Shown piece after piece: positions 46,042 to 59,617 of a stretch of 64,000 nt of DNA. The stretch is from Actinomycetota bacterium (GTDB taxonomy: Bacteria > Actinomycetota > UBA4738 > HRBIN12), in NCBI GenBank assembly GCA_035718185.1, contig DASTHN010000090.1, forward strand, positions 1,227 to 65,226. Reading direction: 5' to 3'. Position 1 is the first letter of the stretch. Every line of letters starts with the position of its first letter. The translations under genes were made by a program, and so were the position numbers. The notes under the pieces were generated by a model. It was not told the DNA's origin. It saw only the letters and a list, made by a program, of their open reading frames with translations, and made no database searches.

Positions 46042-47250
46042 TCAACCCTCGACCTCGACGGCCGGGTGGGACCGGATCCCGAGCTCGGAGGCGAAGCTCC
46101 TGCCGACGAGCGGCCACCTCACCCCTAGCAGCTCCGCGACCGTCGCCCCGAGGTCCGCGAAGGTCGAGCGCGTCCCGACGTCGTACGGCCCCCCCGGGAG
46201 ACCGGCCACGAGCAGTGGCACACGCTCGCGCGAGTGGTCCGTCGAGGGCGTGGTGGGGTCGCAGCCGTGGTCGCCGGTGAGCAGCAGGATGCCGCCGTCG
46301 AGCGCCTCGACCAGCTCCGGGACCCGGACGTCGAGCGCTCCGATGGCGTTCGCGTAACCCTGGGGGTCGTTGCGGTGGCCGTACTTGCTGTCGAAGTCCA
46401 CGAGGTTCGAGAAGACCAGCGACGGGGCGGCCCTGCGCAGGTAGCCGATCGTGAGGTCGATCCCGTGGTCGTTCGAGTCGGAGTAGGACGCTTCCGTGAG
46501 ACCGCGCTCGGCGAAGATGTCGCGGATCTTGCCGACCCCGTACGTCGCGACCCCCGCCTGGTGGCACACGTCGAGCAGTGTTGGCCCGGGCGGCGGCACC
46601 GAGAAGTCGCGCCGCTCGGGGCGGCGCCAGAACGAGCCCGGCTCGCCGTCGAAGGGGCGCGCGATCACCCTGCCGATGTTGTGGTCGCCGACCAGGAGCT
46701 CCCGCGCGATCCGGCACCATGCGTAGAGGGTCTCGAGCGGCGCGACATCCACGTGGCATGCGATCTGGAAGACGGAGTCGCCGCTCGTGTAGAGGATCGG
46801 CCGCCCGGTCCGCAGGTGCTCCTCCCCCAGCTCGGCGATGATCTCGGTCCCCGACGCCGCAACGTTGCCGAGCACCTGACGCCCGATCCGTCGCTGGAAC
46901 GGCTCGACGATCTCGGATGGGAACCCCTTCGGGTAGAGCGGGAACGGATGGTCGAGCACGATGCCCGCCATCTCCCAATGTCCGGTCGTGGTGTCCTTGC
47001 CGGCCGAGCGCTCGGTCAGCCGTCCGTGCCCCGTGCCCGTCACGGCGCGGGGCTCCACACCCTCGATCCGGGTGAGCGTCCCGAGCCCCAGATCGCCGAG
47101 GGTCGGGGCGCGGATGCCGCCCACCGCACGCGCACAGTTGCCGATCGTGTCGGAGCCAGCGTCGCCGTACCGGTCGGCGTCGGGCGCGTCCCCGACACCG
47201 AAGGAGTCACAGACGAGCACGAGGACCCGCGGGACGAGTGGCTCGCTCAC
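46042..47250 (-). CDS. deoB: Phosphopentomutase
   Basis: GTG at 47250 (VSEPLVPRVLVLVCDSFGVGD...), checked. C-terminal LLLTGDHGCDPT motif. Confidence 0.8.
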   Translation of the reverse strand: MSEPLVPRVLVLVCDSFGVGDAPDADRYGDAGSDTIGNCARAVGGIRAPTLGDLGLGTLTRIEGVEPRAVTGTGHGRLTERSAGKDTTTGHWEMAGIVLDHPFPLYPKGFPSEIVEPFQRRIGRQVLGNVAASGTEIIAELGEEHLRTGRPILYTSGDSVFQIACHVDVAPLETLYAWCRIARELLVGDHNIGRVIARPFDGEPGSFWRRPERRDFSVPPPGPTLLDVCHQAGVATYGVGKIRDIFAERGLTEASYSDSNDHGIDLTIGYLRRAAPSLVFSNLVDFDSKYGHRNDPQGYANAIGALDVRVPELVEALDGGILLLTGDHGCDPTTPSTDHSRERVPLLVAGLPGGPYDVGTRSTFADLGATVAELLGVRWPLVGRSFASELGIRSHPAVEVEG

Positions 47251-47603
47251 CGTCCCTCGCCCTTGCGCTTGCAGTCGATGCACAGGATGGCCCACGGGAG
47301 CGCCTCGAGCCGCTCGAGCCCGATCGGGGCGCCGCACAGCTCGCAGATCCCGTAGGTCCCGAGGTCCATCTTCGTGATCGCCCGGTCGACCCACCGGAGG
47401 TTCGCCCGGAGGGCCTTCATGACCGACAGCGTCCGGGCGCGCTCCGCGGCGGCATGGGCGCTGTCCGCGAAGCCGCGCTCGACATCGATCTCGGCGTCGT
47501 CGGAGTCGGGATCGCCACCCTGGTCCTGGATCTCCCGCCGGAGGTTCTCGCGCTGCTGCTCGAGGGCGGCGCGCAGCACCGCCTTCTTCGCCGCCGTGAT
47601 CAC
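47247..47603 (-). CDS. DksA/TraR-family C4 zinc-finger protein
   Basis: GTG at 47603 (VITAAKKAVLRAALEQQ...). C-terminal CELCGAPIGLERLEALPWAILCIDCKRK (CxxC-x17-CxxC). 4-nt overlaps with deoB and xerD. Confidence 0.6.
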   Translation of the reverse strand: MITAAKKAVLRAALEQQRENLRREIQDQGGDPDSDDAEIDVERGFADSAHAAAERARTLSVMKALRANLRWVDRAITKMDLGTYGICELCGAPIGLERLEALPWAILCIDCKRKGEGR

Positions 47604-48550
47604 GCCGGATCCCTCCTCCGTGCGGCCGCTCGGCGCGCCCGCGGGTGTGTGGTGAAGTAGACCTCGCGAAGGTGCTCGTTGGTGACCAGCGTATAGACCT
47701 GGGTGGTCGCGACGCTCGCGTGCCCGAGCAGCTCCTGCACGACGCGCACGTCGGCGCCGCCCTCCAGCAGGTGCGTCGCGAACGAGTGACGGAGCGTATG
47801 GGGTGTCACCCGCCGGTCGACGCCGGCGGAGGCGACCGATCTCGCCAGGATCCCGGCCACGCCCTGGCGGGTCAGCCGTCCGCCCCGAAGGTTGAGGAAG
47901 AGCGCGGCTCCGGAGCGAGCCTTCGCGAGCTGTGGTCTGGAGCGGGTGAGGTAGGCGGCGATCGCGTCGCATGCGTACCGTCCCAGAGGCACGTCGCGCT
48001 CCTTGCTTCCCTTGCCGAACACCCGGACGCTCCCCTCCTCCAGATCCACGTCGTCGATGTCCAGCCCCGTGAGCTCGGAGACGCGCAGGCCGGCCCCGTA
48101 CAGGGTCTCGAGGATCGCGCGGTCCCTCGCCCCGTCGACCGTGCCGTCGGGCGGGACCGCGAGGATCCGCTGGACGTCCTCGAGCGGCAGGGGGCGCGGC
48201 AGCGAGCGCGGCAGGCGCGGGCGGATCACGGCCGCGGCCGGGTCGCGCTGGGTCGCGCCCTCGCGCAGCAGGAAACGGTGGAACGAGCGGACCGCCGAGA
48301 GCGTCCGGACGACCGAGCTCGCCCGGTAGGGCCGCCCGTTGCCATGGGTCGACACCGAGAGCCGGGCAACGAAGGCCGCGACGGCCTGATCGTCCGCCTC
48401 ACGCGCGTCAGCGATCCCGCGGGCCCGAAGGAAGGCGCCGTACCGGTCCAGGTCGCGTCGGTACGCGCGCAGGGTGTTGTCGGCCAGGCCGCGCTCCACC
48501 GTCAGGTGGTCGAGGTATCGCTGGGTCTGGCTGCCGAGGGCGTCGGCCAT
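47600..48550 (-). CDS. xerD: Tyrosine recombinase XerD
   Basis: 316 aa. R...HxxR...Y catalytic pattern (TPHTLRHSFATHLLEGGADVRVVQELLGHASVATTQVYT). Confidence 0.85.
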   Translation of the reverse strand: MADALGSQTQRYLDHLTVERGLADNTLRAYRRDLDRYGAFLRARGIADAREADDQAVAAFVARLSVSTHGNGRPYRASSVVRTLSAVRSFHRFLLREGATQRDPAAAVIRPRLPRSLPRPLPLEDVQRILAVPPDGTVDGARDRAILETLYGAGLRVSELTGLDIDDVDLEEGSVRVFGKGSKERDVPLGRYACDAIAAYLTRSRPQLAKARSGAALFLNLRGGRLTRQGVAGILARSVASAGVDRRVTPHTLRHSFATHLLEGGADVRVVQELLGHASVATTQVYTLVTNEHLREVYFTTHPRARRAAARRRDPA

Positions 48551-48566
48551 GGACGACGCGTGACGA

Positions 48567-49691
48567 TCAGGTCAGCCCGTCGACCAGCGAGCCGAGATCC
48601 GACTGGTCCATCCCGTGGGCCTCGGCGACCCCGGCGTTCGTCACGTGACCCCGATAGACGTTCACGCCGAGCGCCAGCGCCGGATCGTCGCGGATCGCGG
48701 TCTCGAGGCCCTTCGACGCGAAGTCGATCGCGTACGGCAGCGTGGCGTTCGTCAGGGCGTACGTGGACGTCCGCGGCACCGCCCCGGGCATGTTGCCCAC
48801 GCAGTAGTGCACGACGTCGTGCTCGACGAACACGGGGTTCGAATGGGTCGTGACGTGCGCCGTTTCGACGCACCCACCCTGGTCGATCGAGACGTCCACG
48901 ATCACGGATCCGGCCCGCATCTCCCGCACCATGTCCTCGGTGACCAGGTGCGGCGCCTTCGCCCCCGGGATCAGGACCGCGCCGATCACCAGGTCGGCGT
49001 CCAGCACCAGCCGCTCGATCGCGAGCGCGCTGCTCATCACCGTCTGGATCCGGCCGGCCTGGATCTGGTCCACGTACCGGAGCCGGTCCAGGTTCTTGTC
49101 CACGACGACGACCGTGGCCTCCATGCCGGCGGCGATCCACGCGGCGTTCAGACCCGCCATGCCGGCGCCGATCACCACGACGCTCGCCGGCTCGACCCCG
49201 GAGGCCCCGCCCATCAGGACGCCCCGTCCGCCGAGCGGTCGCTCCAGGTACTTGGCGCCCTCCTGGGGCGCCATCCGACCCGCGATCTCGCTCATGGGGG
49301 CGAGCAGCGGGAGGCGGTGGTCGGGCAGCTCCACCGTCTCATAGGCGACCGAGGCGACCTCGGATTCGACGAGGAACTCGGTCAGGGCCTTGTCGGCTGC
49401 CAGGTGGAGATAGGTGAACAGCAGCTGTCCGGGCTTGAACCTCTGGTACTCCTCGGCCTGCGGCTCCTTCACCTTCATGATCATGTCCGCCTCGGCGAAC
49501 ACGGCATCGGCGTCGGGCAGGATGCGCGCACCGGCGGATACGAAGTCTGGGTCCGGCAGCGCCGAGCCGACCCCGGCGCCGGTCTCCACCACCACCTCGT
49601 GACCCGCCCTCGTGAGCTCACGGACGCCCTCCGGCGTGGCCGCGACGCGGTACTCGTTGTCCTTGATCTCCTTCGGGATCCCGACGATCAC
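48567..49691 (-). CDS. ald: Alanine dehydrogenase
   Basis: 374 aa. MIVGIPKEIKDNEYRVAATP...VVIGAGMAGLNAA Rossmann motif. Confidence 0.85.
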   Translation of the reverse strand: MIVGIPKEIKDNEYRVAATPEGVRELTRAGHEVVVETGAGVGSALPDPDFVSAGARILPDADAVFAEADMIMKVKEPQAEEYQRFKPGQLLFTYLHLAADKALTEFLVESEVASVAYETVELPDHRLPLLAPMSEIAGRMAPQEGAKYLERPLGGRGVLMGGASGVEPASVVVIGAGMAGLNAAWIAAGMEATVVVVDKNLDRLRYVDQIQAGRIQTVMSSALAIERLVLDADLVIGAVLIPGAKAPHLVTEDMVREMRAGSVIVDVSIDQGGCVETAHVTTHSNPVFVEHDVVHYCVGNMPGAVPRTSTYALTNATLPYAIDFASKGLETAIRDDPALALGVNVYRGHVTNAGVAEAHGMDQSDLGSLVDGLT

Positions 49692-49787
49692 GGCGGTCCT
49701 CCTCGGGGTCGGTCCACGGCGTCGGTATCGGCGCGGTGCATCCCCCAGCCTATCGGACCGACCGCGCGGAGCGCCCGGCGCGAGGGG

Positions 49788-50297
49788 TCAGCGACCGTGG
49801 CCTCGGGCGTCCGCCAGGAACAGGGCGAGCGCGGTCTTCGCATCCCGGATCCGCCCGGCTCGAGCGGCGGCGACCATCTGGTCGAAGGGTTGCCGGAGCA
49901 CCTCGACGCCCTCCTCCGGCGGGCCCTCGGGATCGGCCCGGGTCGTGGCGACGAACAAGTGGACGTACTCGTCGGTGTACCCGGGAGAGGGGAAGCACCC
50001 GCCGAGGAACTCGATCGACGCATGACGGTACCCGGTCTCCTCGAACAGCTCGCGCGCCGCGCACGACAGCGCATCCTCCTCGCGCTGGTCCAGAAGTCCC
50101 GCGGGTACCTCGACGAGTGACTCTCCGAGGGCGGGGCGCAGCTGGCGCACGAGCAGGACGTCGCCTTCGGGCGTGATCGGCACCACGGCGGCCGACCCCG
50201 GATGTCGCACGATGTCGTACTCGCCTTCCGGTCGGCTCTGGACCTCGACCCGGATGATCCGTCCTGCGTACGCCTGACGGGTGGGTGCCTGCTCCAC
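49788..50297 (-). CDS. NUDIX hydrolase (ADP-ribose pyrophosphatase-like)
   Basis: 169 aa. Nudix box GLLDQREEDALSCAARELFEETG. Confidence 0.75.
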   Translation of the reverse strand: MEQAPTRQAYAGRIIRVEVQSRPEGEYDIVRHPGSAAVVPITPEGDVLLVRQLRPALGESLVEVPAGLLDQREEDALSCAARELFEETGYRHASIEFLGGCFPSPGYTDEYVHLFVATTRADPEGPPEEGVEVLRQPFDQMVAAARAGRIRDAKTALALFLADARGHGR

Positions 50298-50307
50298 GAC
50301 TCCCTGC

Positions 50308-53472
<3,165 letters not shown>

Positions 53473-53476
<4 letters not shown>

Positions 53477-54417
53477 GGAGGGGGCGGCAGGGGCGCTGCG
53501 CCACCCTTCGCGCCGTAGTCGCCGCCCAGGCCGCTGCGCAGCAGCCGCTCGAGTCCCAGCACGAGCTCGGCGCCGCCGCGGCTCTGGTCCAGGTCGTCCA
53601 CGGTCACCAAGCCGTCGGCGCCGCCGTCGCGCAGCAGCGGGACGAACGGGACCTCGGTGCCCGCCGACTCCCCCGCCGCGACCGGCAGGCCCAGCTCGGC
53701 CAGCCGCTCGACGAGCGGGATCGCGAAGTCCTCGGGGGTCATGGCCGCGTCCGGAGCGCCGCCGCCGGCGAGCACGACCACCACCTGGTCGGGCCCGCCG
53801 ATCGTGGCGAGGGTCTCGTCGGAGATGCTGGCGTCGAGCGACGCCAGGTATCCGTCGCTGAGCAACATGTGCAGGAGCCCGGGATCGGGCGGGTCACGCC
53901 GTTCGTCGCTGGCGAGCCGGTCGGCGAGGGACTCGGCCGCGATCCGTGAGAGTTCCTCGGCTTCGGGATCCGCCACGGTGAGGACCTCGGCGAGCGCCGC
54001 CCGGCCGTCGCTGTCCTGCGGCGCCAGCGTGGCTCGGGCCTCGAGCACGACCGGCGTCGCACCCGCCTCCTGGAGGGCGGCACGGGTCTCGGCCACGACC
54101 TCGTCCTCGACCCCCTCCTGCGCCAGCACGACGACGTCGAGTCCGGTCAGCCGGTCCTGCGTGAGATGCGGGAGCGCGGCGTCGTTGAAGGCCTGCTCCG
54201 CCGCCAGCTGGTCGCTCAGCTCCCCGACCCGACCCTGGAGTTCGGTGATCCGTGTCCGCTGCTCGTCCACCCGGGTCTCGAGCGACTCGATCAGCCGGGG
54301 CTGGACGAAAGCGCTCCCGGCGAGGACGCCCAACGCGAGCGCCAGGAAGATCGCCACGATCGTCACCACATGCTGCCGCAGCGAGATCACAACAGCTCCC
54401 GCAGGTCGAAGAACCAC
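53473..54417 (-). CDS. steB: SteB/MctB-family protein (DUF3186-like, Rv1698-type), single N-terminal TM
   Basis: 314 aa. N-terminal TM IVAIFLALALGVLAG, then a long helical region. Sits directly downstream of the SteA-like gene and upstream of recN, as steAB does in Corynebacterium and mycobacteria. Confidence 0.55.
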
Positions 54418-55583
54418 TGCCGGACCTGGTCGAGCAGCAGGGTGACGTAGAGCCGGAGCGAGGGCGACACGAGGATCACGAGCGTCATCGCCAACAGCGC
54501 GCCGAGGACGAGCAGGACCGCGTCGCGTGTCCGGATCCGGGGCGAGTAGACGCGGGACACTCCCTTCGCGTCCATGAGGATCTCGCCCACCCGCAGGCGG
54601 ACGAGGAAGGTGCTCGACATCCCCTCCCGTCCCTTGTCGAGGAACTCCCTGAGGTTGCCGTGGCTGCCGACGGCCACGATCGTTTCGGCGCCCTTCTCGT
54701 GGGCGAGCAGGAACGCCATGTCCTCGCTCGTGCCCGCCGCCCGAACGACCTTGTGCGGCACCCCGAGGGCGTCCAGTCGAGCGCTGCCGGGGGCGCGACC
54801 GTCCGGATACGCGTGGAGGATGATCTCGGTCGGGGTGCGACGCCGGAACCGGCCCGCCGTTCGCAGCGCGAGCCGGAGGGCCTCGTCCGAGACGCTGTCC
54901 ATGTCGCCGAGGATCACGTCCGGGCGATACCCCGCCTCGATCAGGGCGTCGGCGCCTCCGTCCACGCCCACGAGCACCGGCCGCACGTCCCGGATGTACG
55001 GACCCAGCACGGCCAGGTCCTCCTTGTAGTTGTAGCCGCGCACCACGACCAGGACGGATCGGTCGGTCAGGTCGTGCTCGAGGGAGGGCAGGCCCGCCCC
55101 GCCGAATAGGAGGTCCCGCTCCCGTTGGATGTAGTCGACGGTGTTCCGGGCGAAGGTCTCGAACCGATCCGCGAGCCCCAACTGCGCCTCCGCCATGGCC
55201 TCACGGACGGTCGTCTCGCTCTGTCTGATGCCGATCCCGACCAGCCGCCCGTCCGCGAACACGCGGTCGCCCTCCAGGCGCAACACGTCCCCTTCGCGAA
55301 CCTTCCGCAGCAGGAGTCTCCCCACCGAGTCCACGAGCGGGATGCCCGCCTCGAGCAGGATGAGCGGGCCGAGGTTCGGGTACCGTCCGCCGATCGATCG
55401 GCCCGCGTTCACGACCCCCGCGACCCCAGCCTCCACGAGGCCCTCGGCGGACACCCGGTCGATGTCCTCGTGGTCGATCACCGCGATCTCGCCGGGGCCG
55501 ATCCGTTGGAGAAGTCGCTTCGTCCTGAGATCGACGCGGGCCAAGCCGGAGCGCGGCCGCTCTCGCCGCGGCGGGCGGCGCAA
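54387..55583 (-). CDS. steA: SteA-family protein (thiamine-pyrophosphokinase-like domain, Rv1697-type)
   Basis: 398 aa. N-terminus ARVDLRTKRLLQRIGPGEIAVIDHEDIDR, C-terminal TM. Conserved position between recN and steB. Confidence 0.6.
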   Translation of the reverse strand: MRRPPRRERPRSGLARVDLRTKRLLQRIGPGEIAVIDHEDIDRVSAEGLVEAGVAGVVNAGRSIGGRYPNLGPLILLEAGIPLVDSVGRLLLRKVREGDVLRLEGDRVFADGRLVGIGIRQSETTVREAMAEAQLGLADRFETFARNTVDYIQRERDLLFGGAGLPSLEHDLTDRSVLVVVRGYNYKEDLAVLGPYIRDVRPVLVGVDGGADALIEAGYRPDVILGDMDSVSDEALRLALRTAGRFRRRTPTEIILHAYPDGRAPGSARLDALGVPHKVVRAAGTSEDMAFLLAHEKGAETIVAVGSHGNLREFLDKGREGMSSTFLVRLRVGEILMDAKGVSRVYSPRIRTRDAVLLVLGALLAMTLVILVSPSLRLYVTLLLDQVRQWFFDLRELL

Positions 55584-55693
55584 GAGCCCTCGGGTCCTCG
55601 ACGTGGCCGTGCGATCCTCCCACAGGGGACTCCGACCGTCGGAACCCCGCCAGCCAAGCGTAATCGACGGCGACGCGGGCTCGGTAGGCAGTC

Positions 55694-57391
55694 TCAGCCC
55701 GCCCGGGCGGGGGGGCGGGACGCGTGCGGCGTCCTGGCCTTCGCGGCCTCCGCGAGGAGCTCCTCGGCGTGCGTGGCCGCCGCGTCCGTCCCCGGCAGGC
55801 CCGACAGCATCCGCGACAGCTCGGCCACCCTGCCGCCGTCGTCGAGTACCTCCACGGTCGTCTCGCCCGAACGTTTCCGGACGCGGATGTGTCGGTCCGC
55901 GAACGCCGCGATCTGGGGCAGGTGCGTGACGACCACGACCTGCCGACGCGCCGCCAGACGGGCGAGCCGTCTGCCGACCGCGACGCCCGCCCTCCCGCCG
56001 ATCCCCTGATCCACCTCATCGAACACGAGCGTGGGGATGTCGTCGAGGTCGACGAGCACGGTCCGGCACGCGAGCATGGTCCGGGACAGCTCACCACCGG
56101 AGGCCACCTTCGCCAGCGGCAACAGGGGCTGTCCCGGACCACCCGAGAAGCGGAACTCGGCGCGCTCGGCGCCGGTCGCCGCGACCTGCGCCACGGGCAG
56201 GAGGTCGATCCGGACCTGGCCGCCCTCCATCCCGAGATCCTGCAGCTCTCCGGCGATCGCCTCCGCGAGCCGCCCCACCGAGGCCCGACGCCCGGTGGAC
56301 ACCCGCTCGGCGAGGGCCGCGACGGCCTCGTCGGCCCGCTCGGCCTCCGCGACGAGGTGCTCGCGCTCCAGCCCCGCGCCGCCGAGGTCGGCCGCTCGGT
56401 CCCGAGCCCGCTCGAGGAACGCGAGGACCTCGGCCTCGCCCTCGCCGTACTTGCGCTCCAGGTCGCGGAGCGCCGCGATGCGCGACCTGATGTCCTCGAG
56501 CCTGGCGGGGTCCAGCTGGACCGCCTCCGCGTAGGCGCGGAGGTCCCGGCCGAGCTCCGCGGCCTCGTTCGCGAGGGCGTCGGCCCGTCGAGCCAGCTCG
56601 GCGGCACCCGGGTCGAGCTCCGCCGCGATCCCGAGGGCGGCCGCGCCCGAGGCCAGCGCATCGCCCGAGGCCAGCGCATCGCCCGCGGCACCCTCGCCCG
56701 TGATGCCCGCCTCGGCCCCTGCCACGAGCTCCAGCAGGCGCTCGGCGTGCGCCAGACGCAGCTGCTCTGCATCGAGTGCCGGTCGCTCCCCCGGCCGCGG
56801 CCCGACCGACTCGATCTCGCGGATCTGGTAGGCGAGCAGGTCGAGCTCGCGCTCACGCTCCCGGGTCTCCTCGTCCAGGTGCTCGAGCCGCGTGCGGATC
56901 CGGTGGAGCGAGGCCGTCTCTGCGGCCAGGGACTCCAGCGTGGCCAGGTGCTCGGCCCCGATGAACCGGTCCAGGAACGCCGTCTGCGCGGCGCTCGACA
57001 GGAGCCGGAGCCCCTGGTGCTGGCCGTGGACCTCGACGAGCCCGGCGCCGAGCTCGGCGAGCGCGGACACCGGCGCGAGCTGGCCGCCCACGCGGGCGGT
57101 GCTCCGCCCGTCGGCGGCCACCCGGCGCGCGAGGACGATCTCGTCGTCCTCGGCCCATCCCGCCTGGGTGGCGGCGGGGATGGCGTCGAACCGAGCCTCC
57201 ACCCGGGTCGCCGCCAGGCCCTGGCGGACGAGGGAGGCCGACGCCCGCTGTCCGAGCGTGAGCGCGAGCCCCACCGTGACCATCGTCTTGCCTGCGCCCG
57301 TCTCCCCCGTGAGCACGTTCAGCCCGGGGTCGAGCTCGAGATCGAGGTCCTCGATCACGCCGAGGCCGGTGATGTGCAGCTCGCGGAGCAC
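55694..57391 (-). CDS. recN: DNA repair protein RecN
   Basis: 565 aa. N-terminal Walker A LTGETGAGKT, long coiled coil, C-terminal signature and Walker B region (LVFDEVDQGIGG). Confidence 0.9.
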   Translation of the reverse strand: MLRELHITGLGVIEDLDLELDPGLNVLTGETGAGKTMVTVGLALTLGQRASASLVRQGLAATRVEARFDAIPAATQAGWAEDDEIVLARRVAADGRSTARVGGQLAPVSALAELGAGLVEVHGQHQGLRLLSSAAQTAFLDRFIGAEHLATLESLAAETASLHRIRTRLEHLDEETRERERELDLLAYQIREIESVGPRPGERPALDAEQLRLAHAERLLELVAGAEAGITGEGAAGDALASGDALASGAAALGIAAELDPGAAELARRADALANEAAELGRDLRAYAEAVQLDPARLEDIRSRIAALRDLERKYGEGEAEVLAFLERARDRAADLGGAGLEREHLVAEAERADEAVAALAERVSTGRRASVGRLAEAIAGELQDLGMEGGQVRIDLLPVAQVAATGAERAEFRFSGGPGQPLLPLAKVASGGELSRTMLACRTVLVDLDDIPTLVFDEVDQGIGGRAGVAVGRRLARLAARRQVVVVTHLPQIAAFADRHIRVRKRSGETTVEVLDDGGRVAELSRMLSGLPGTDAAATHAEELLAEAAKARTPHASRPPARAG

Positions 57392-57400
57392 GGCCGGATG

Positions 57401-58267
57401 CTATACCGGAGGTCCGACGCGGCCGGGATCCTCGCCGGGGAGGCCGAACTTCTCTCGGACGAGGGCATGGAAGTCGGGGACGTCGTGCGGCCGGACCATC
57501 CGGGCGGGGTTCGGGGCGCGTCCGACCCGGACGCTCGTGCCCACGGGCAGCTCGAGGCTCTCGCGCCCGTCGGCGGACAGCAGTCCGTCCTCGTCCCCGA
57601 CGACCTCGAGCGTCACGCGCTCGCCGGCCTCCAGCACCAGGGAACGGTCGAAGACCATGTGCGCCGCCACGGGCGTCACGAGCAGGCAGGGGATCGTGGG
57701 GGTGACGATCGGGCCGCCGCTCGAGAACGAGTACGCGGTCGAGCCGGTCGGCGTCGCGACGATCACGCCGTCGGCGGAGAACGTGGTGACGTAGATGTCG
57801 TCGACGTAGAGGGCCAGACGCACGAGGCGGTGACGCGCGCGCTTCTCGACGATGATCTCATTGAGGGCCCACTGCGGCTCGAAGGAGAGGGAGCCGCGCG
57901 GCTCGGCGACGACCGCCATCCGTTCCTCGATGGGAGCCGTGCCCGCCAGGACCGCGTCGAGCACGCCGATCGCCTCGTCCGGCTCGACCTCGGTCAGGAA
58001 CCCCAGCCGCCCCACCTTCACCCCGAACACGGGGCAGGAGCCGCGCGAGGCGACGTGGGCGGCGTGCAGGAAGGTCCCGTCCCCGCCCACCGAGACGACG
58101 AGGTTCAGACCCTGCGCGAACACCCGGTCGCGCTCGGGATCGTCCGTCCCCTCATCCCGGTACCAGCGGCAGTCGATGCCGCGCTCCTCCAGCCACCCGA
58201 CCAGGCGGTCGGCGGCGTAGTGCGCGGCTTCCCGGTCTGGGTGGACGACGAAGCCGACCCGCTTCAC
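57401..58267 (-). CDS. nadK: NAD kinase
   Basis: GTG at 58267 (VKRVGFVVHPDR...), checked. GGDGT motif (VVSVGGDGTFL) and NE/D short motif. Confidence 0.8.
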   Translation of the reverse strand: MKRVGFVVHPDREAAHYAADRLVGWLEERGIDCRWYRDEGTDDPERDRVFAQGLNLVVSVGGDGTFLHAAHVASRGSCPVFGVKVGRLGFLTEVEPDEAIGVLDAVLAGTAPIEERMAVVAEPRGSLSFEPQWALNEIIVEKRARHRLVRLALYVDDIYVTTFSADGVIVATPTGSTAYSFSSGGPIVTPTIPCLLVTPVAAHMVFDRSLVLEAGERVTLEVVGDEDGLLSADGRESLELPVGTSVRVGRAPNPARMVRPHDVPDFHALVREKFGLPGEDPGRVGPPV

Positions 58268-58295
58268 GCCGTCCCCCCGTCGATCCCGTCCCCCA

Positions 58296-59096
58296 TCACG
58301 CCGCTCCCACCATCCGACCCGCCGCCTCGAGCGCCTCGTCGACGTCCGGAGCGCCGGTCGCCTCCCCACGTGCGAGGTGCAGCGGGAACTCGACGTTGCC
58401 GGCCGGTCCGCGCAGCGGCGACGGCATCACCGCGATCGGCTGCAAACCCGCTGCGGCGCAGGCCTGCATGACACGCTCGATCGCCCCGCGCCAGACGGTC
58501 GGGTCGCGGACCACCCCGCCTCGGCCTACGTCCCGGGGGCCGGCCTCGAACTGCGGCTTCACCAGCAACACCGCATCGGCCCGGGGAGCGGCCACGCGGG
58601 CGAGCGCCGGCGCGACGAGCGTGAGCGAGATGAACGAGAGGTCCCCCACGATCAGGCTTGGCGCGTACGGCAGCGCGGCCGGCTGCAGATCGCGGACGTT
58701 CGTCCGGTCGAGCACGCTGACGCGGCCATCTTCGCGCAGCGACCAGGCCAGCTGCCCGTAGCCGACGTCCAGGGCCACCACGTGCGCCGCCCCCCGCGTC
58801 AGCAGGCAGTCGGTGAAGCCGCCGGTCGAGGCGCCAGCGTCCAGGCACTCGCGGCCGCGCGGATCGATCGTGAACCGATCCAACGCGGCGGCGAGCTTCT
58901 CGCCGCCCCTCGACACGAACCGGCGCGCGGTGCGGGTCAGGACGATGGCGTCCGCGGCGTCGACGAGCGTCGACGGCTTGGCCGCCGGGCGCCCGGCGAC
59001 AAGGACGAGACCGTCGCGGACCGCGGCCTGGGCTTGGGTCCTGGACACGGCGAGGCCCCGCCGGACGAGCTCCGCGTCCAGCCGGCGGCGCGTCAC
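58296..59096 (-). CDS. tlyA: TlyA family rRNA 2'-O-methyltransferase/haemolysin
   Basis: 266 aa. N-terminal S4 domain (RLDAELVRRGLAVSRTQA), then FtsJ-like methyltransferase (LDAGASTGGFTDCLL). Confidence 0.85.
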   Translation of the reverse strand: MTRRRLDAELVRRGLAVSRTQAQAAVRDGLVLVAGRPAAKPSTLVDAADAIVLTRTARRFVSRGGEKLAAALDRFTIDPRGRECLDAGASTGGFTDCLLTRGAAHVVALDVGYGQLAWSLREDGRVSVLDRTNVRDLQPAALPYAPSLIVGDLSFISLTLVAPALARVAAPRADAVLLVKPQFEAGPRDVGRGGVVRDPTVWRGAIERVMQACAAAGLQPIAVMPSPLRGPAGNVEFPLHLARGEATGAPDVDEALEAAGRMVGAA

Positions 59097-59106
59097 GGTC
59101 GCGGGA

Positions 59107-59508
59107 TCAGCCGGCGTCCCCAGCGGAGGCCGGCGTCGTGACGGACGTCGTGACGGACGTCGCGGCGGGCTTCGCGGTCGCGGCCTTCTTGGCTGCGGTC
59201 CGCTTCTTCGCTGTGGCGCGCTTCGGGCGGCTGCGCTCGAGCTCGCGCACGCGCTTCTTCAACGCGTCCAGCTCGTCCTTGCTTGCGAACCCCATCGAGG
59301 CCATCTGCGAGCGCACCTCGGTCCGGACCAGGTCCGAGATCCGCTGGCGGTTCTTGTTCGACCAGTCGAGGATGTCCTGCGCGGCCTTGGACACCTGCTC
59401 CTTGCCGGCGCCCTGCATGACGGACCGCGCGAGCTCTTGGGCCTTCGCCGGCGTCAACCTGCCGACCGCACCCTCCATGAACCTCCGGACGTCGCCGATC
59501 GTGGCCAT
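59107..59508 (-). CDS. Hypothetical protein with helical N-terminal domain and Lys/Ala/Pro-rich basic tail
   Basis: ATG at 59508 (MATIGDVRRFMEG...), checked. C-terminal KRATAKKRTAAKKAATAKPAA tail resembles histone-like or nucleoid-associated tails. No family recognised. Confidence 0.45.
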   Translation of the reverse strand: MATIGDVRRFMEGAVGRLTPAKAQELARSVMQGAGKEQVSKAAQDILDWSNKNRQRISDLVRTEVRSQMASMGFASKDELDALKKRVRELERSRPKRATAKKRTAAKKAATAKPAATSVTTSVTTPASAGDAG

Positions 59509-59617
59509 CGCATCTCCTCCTCGGGTCGTTCCCTCCACAGGATACGCCGCGTCCCGTCCGGCCCGCCGTCCGCTGCTACCCTTCGCCGGTGTCCACGCCG
59601 GAGCGTGAGAACGACCG

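Noticed and set aside
44094-46280. 728-aa plus-strand ORF over S2P/deoA/deoB and 915-aa plus-strand ORF 55724-58471 over recN/nadK
   Set aside because: Antisense GC artefacts with R/G/D/E-rich low-complexity sequence.
47247-47972. 241-aa ORF upstream of the DksA-like zinc finger
   Set aside because: Only the C-terminal roughly 118 aa (from GTG 47603) looks protein-like and carries the C4 finger. The upstream portion is Arg/Pro/Gly junk that overlaps xerD.
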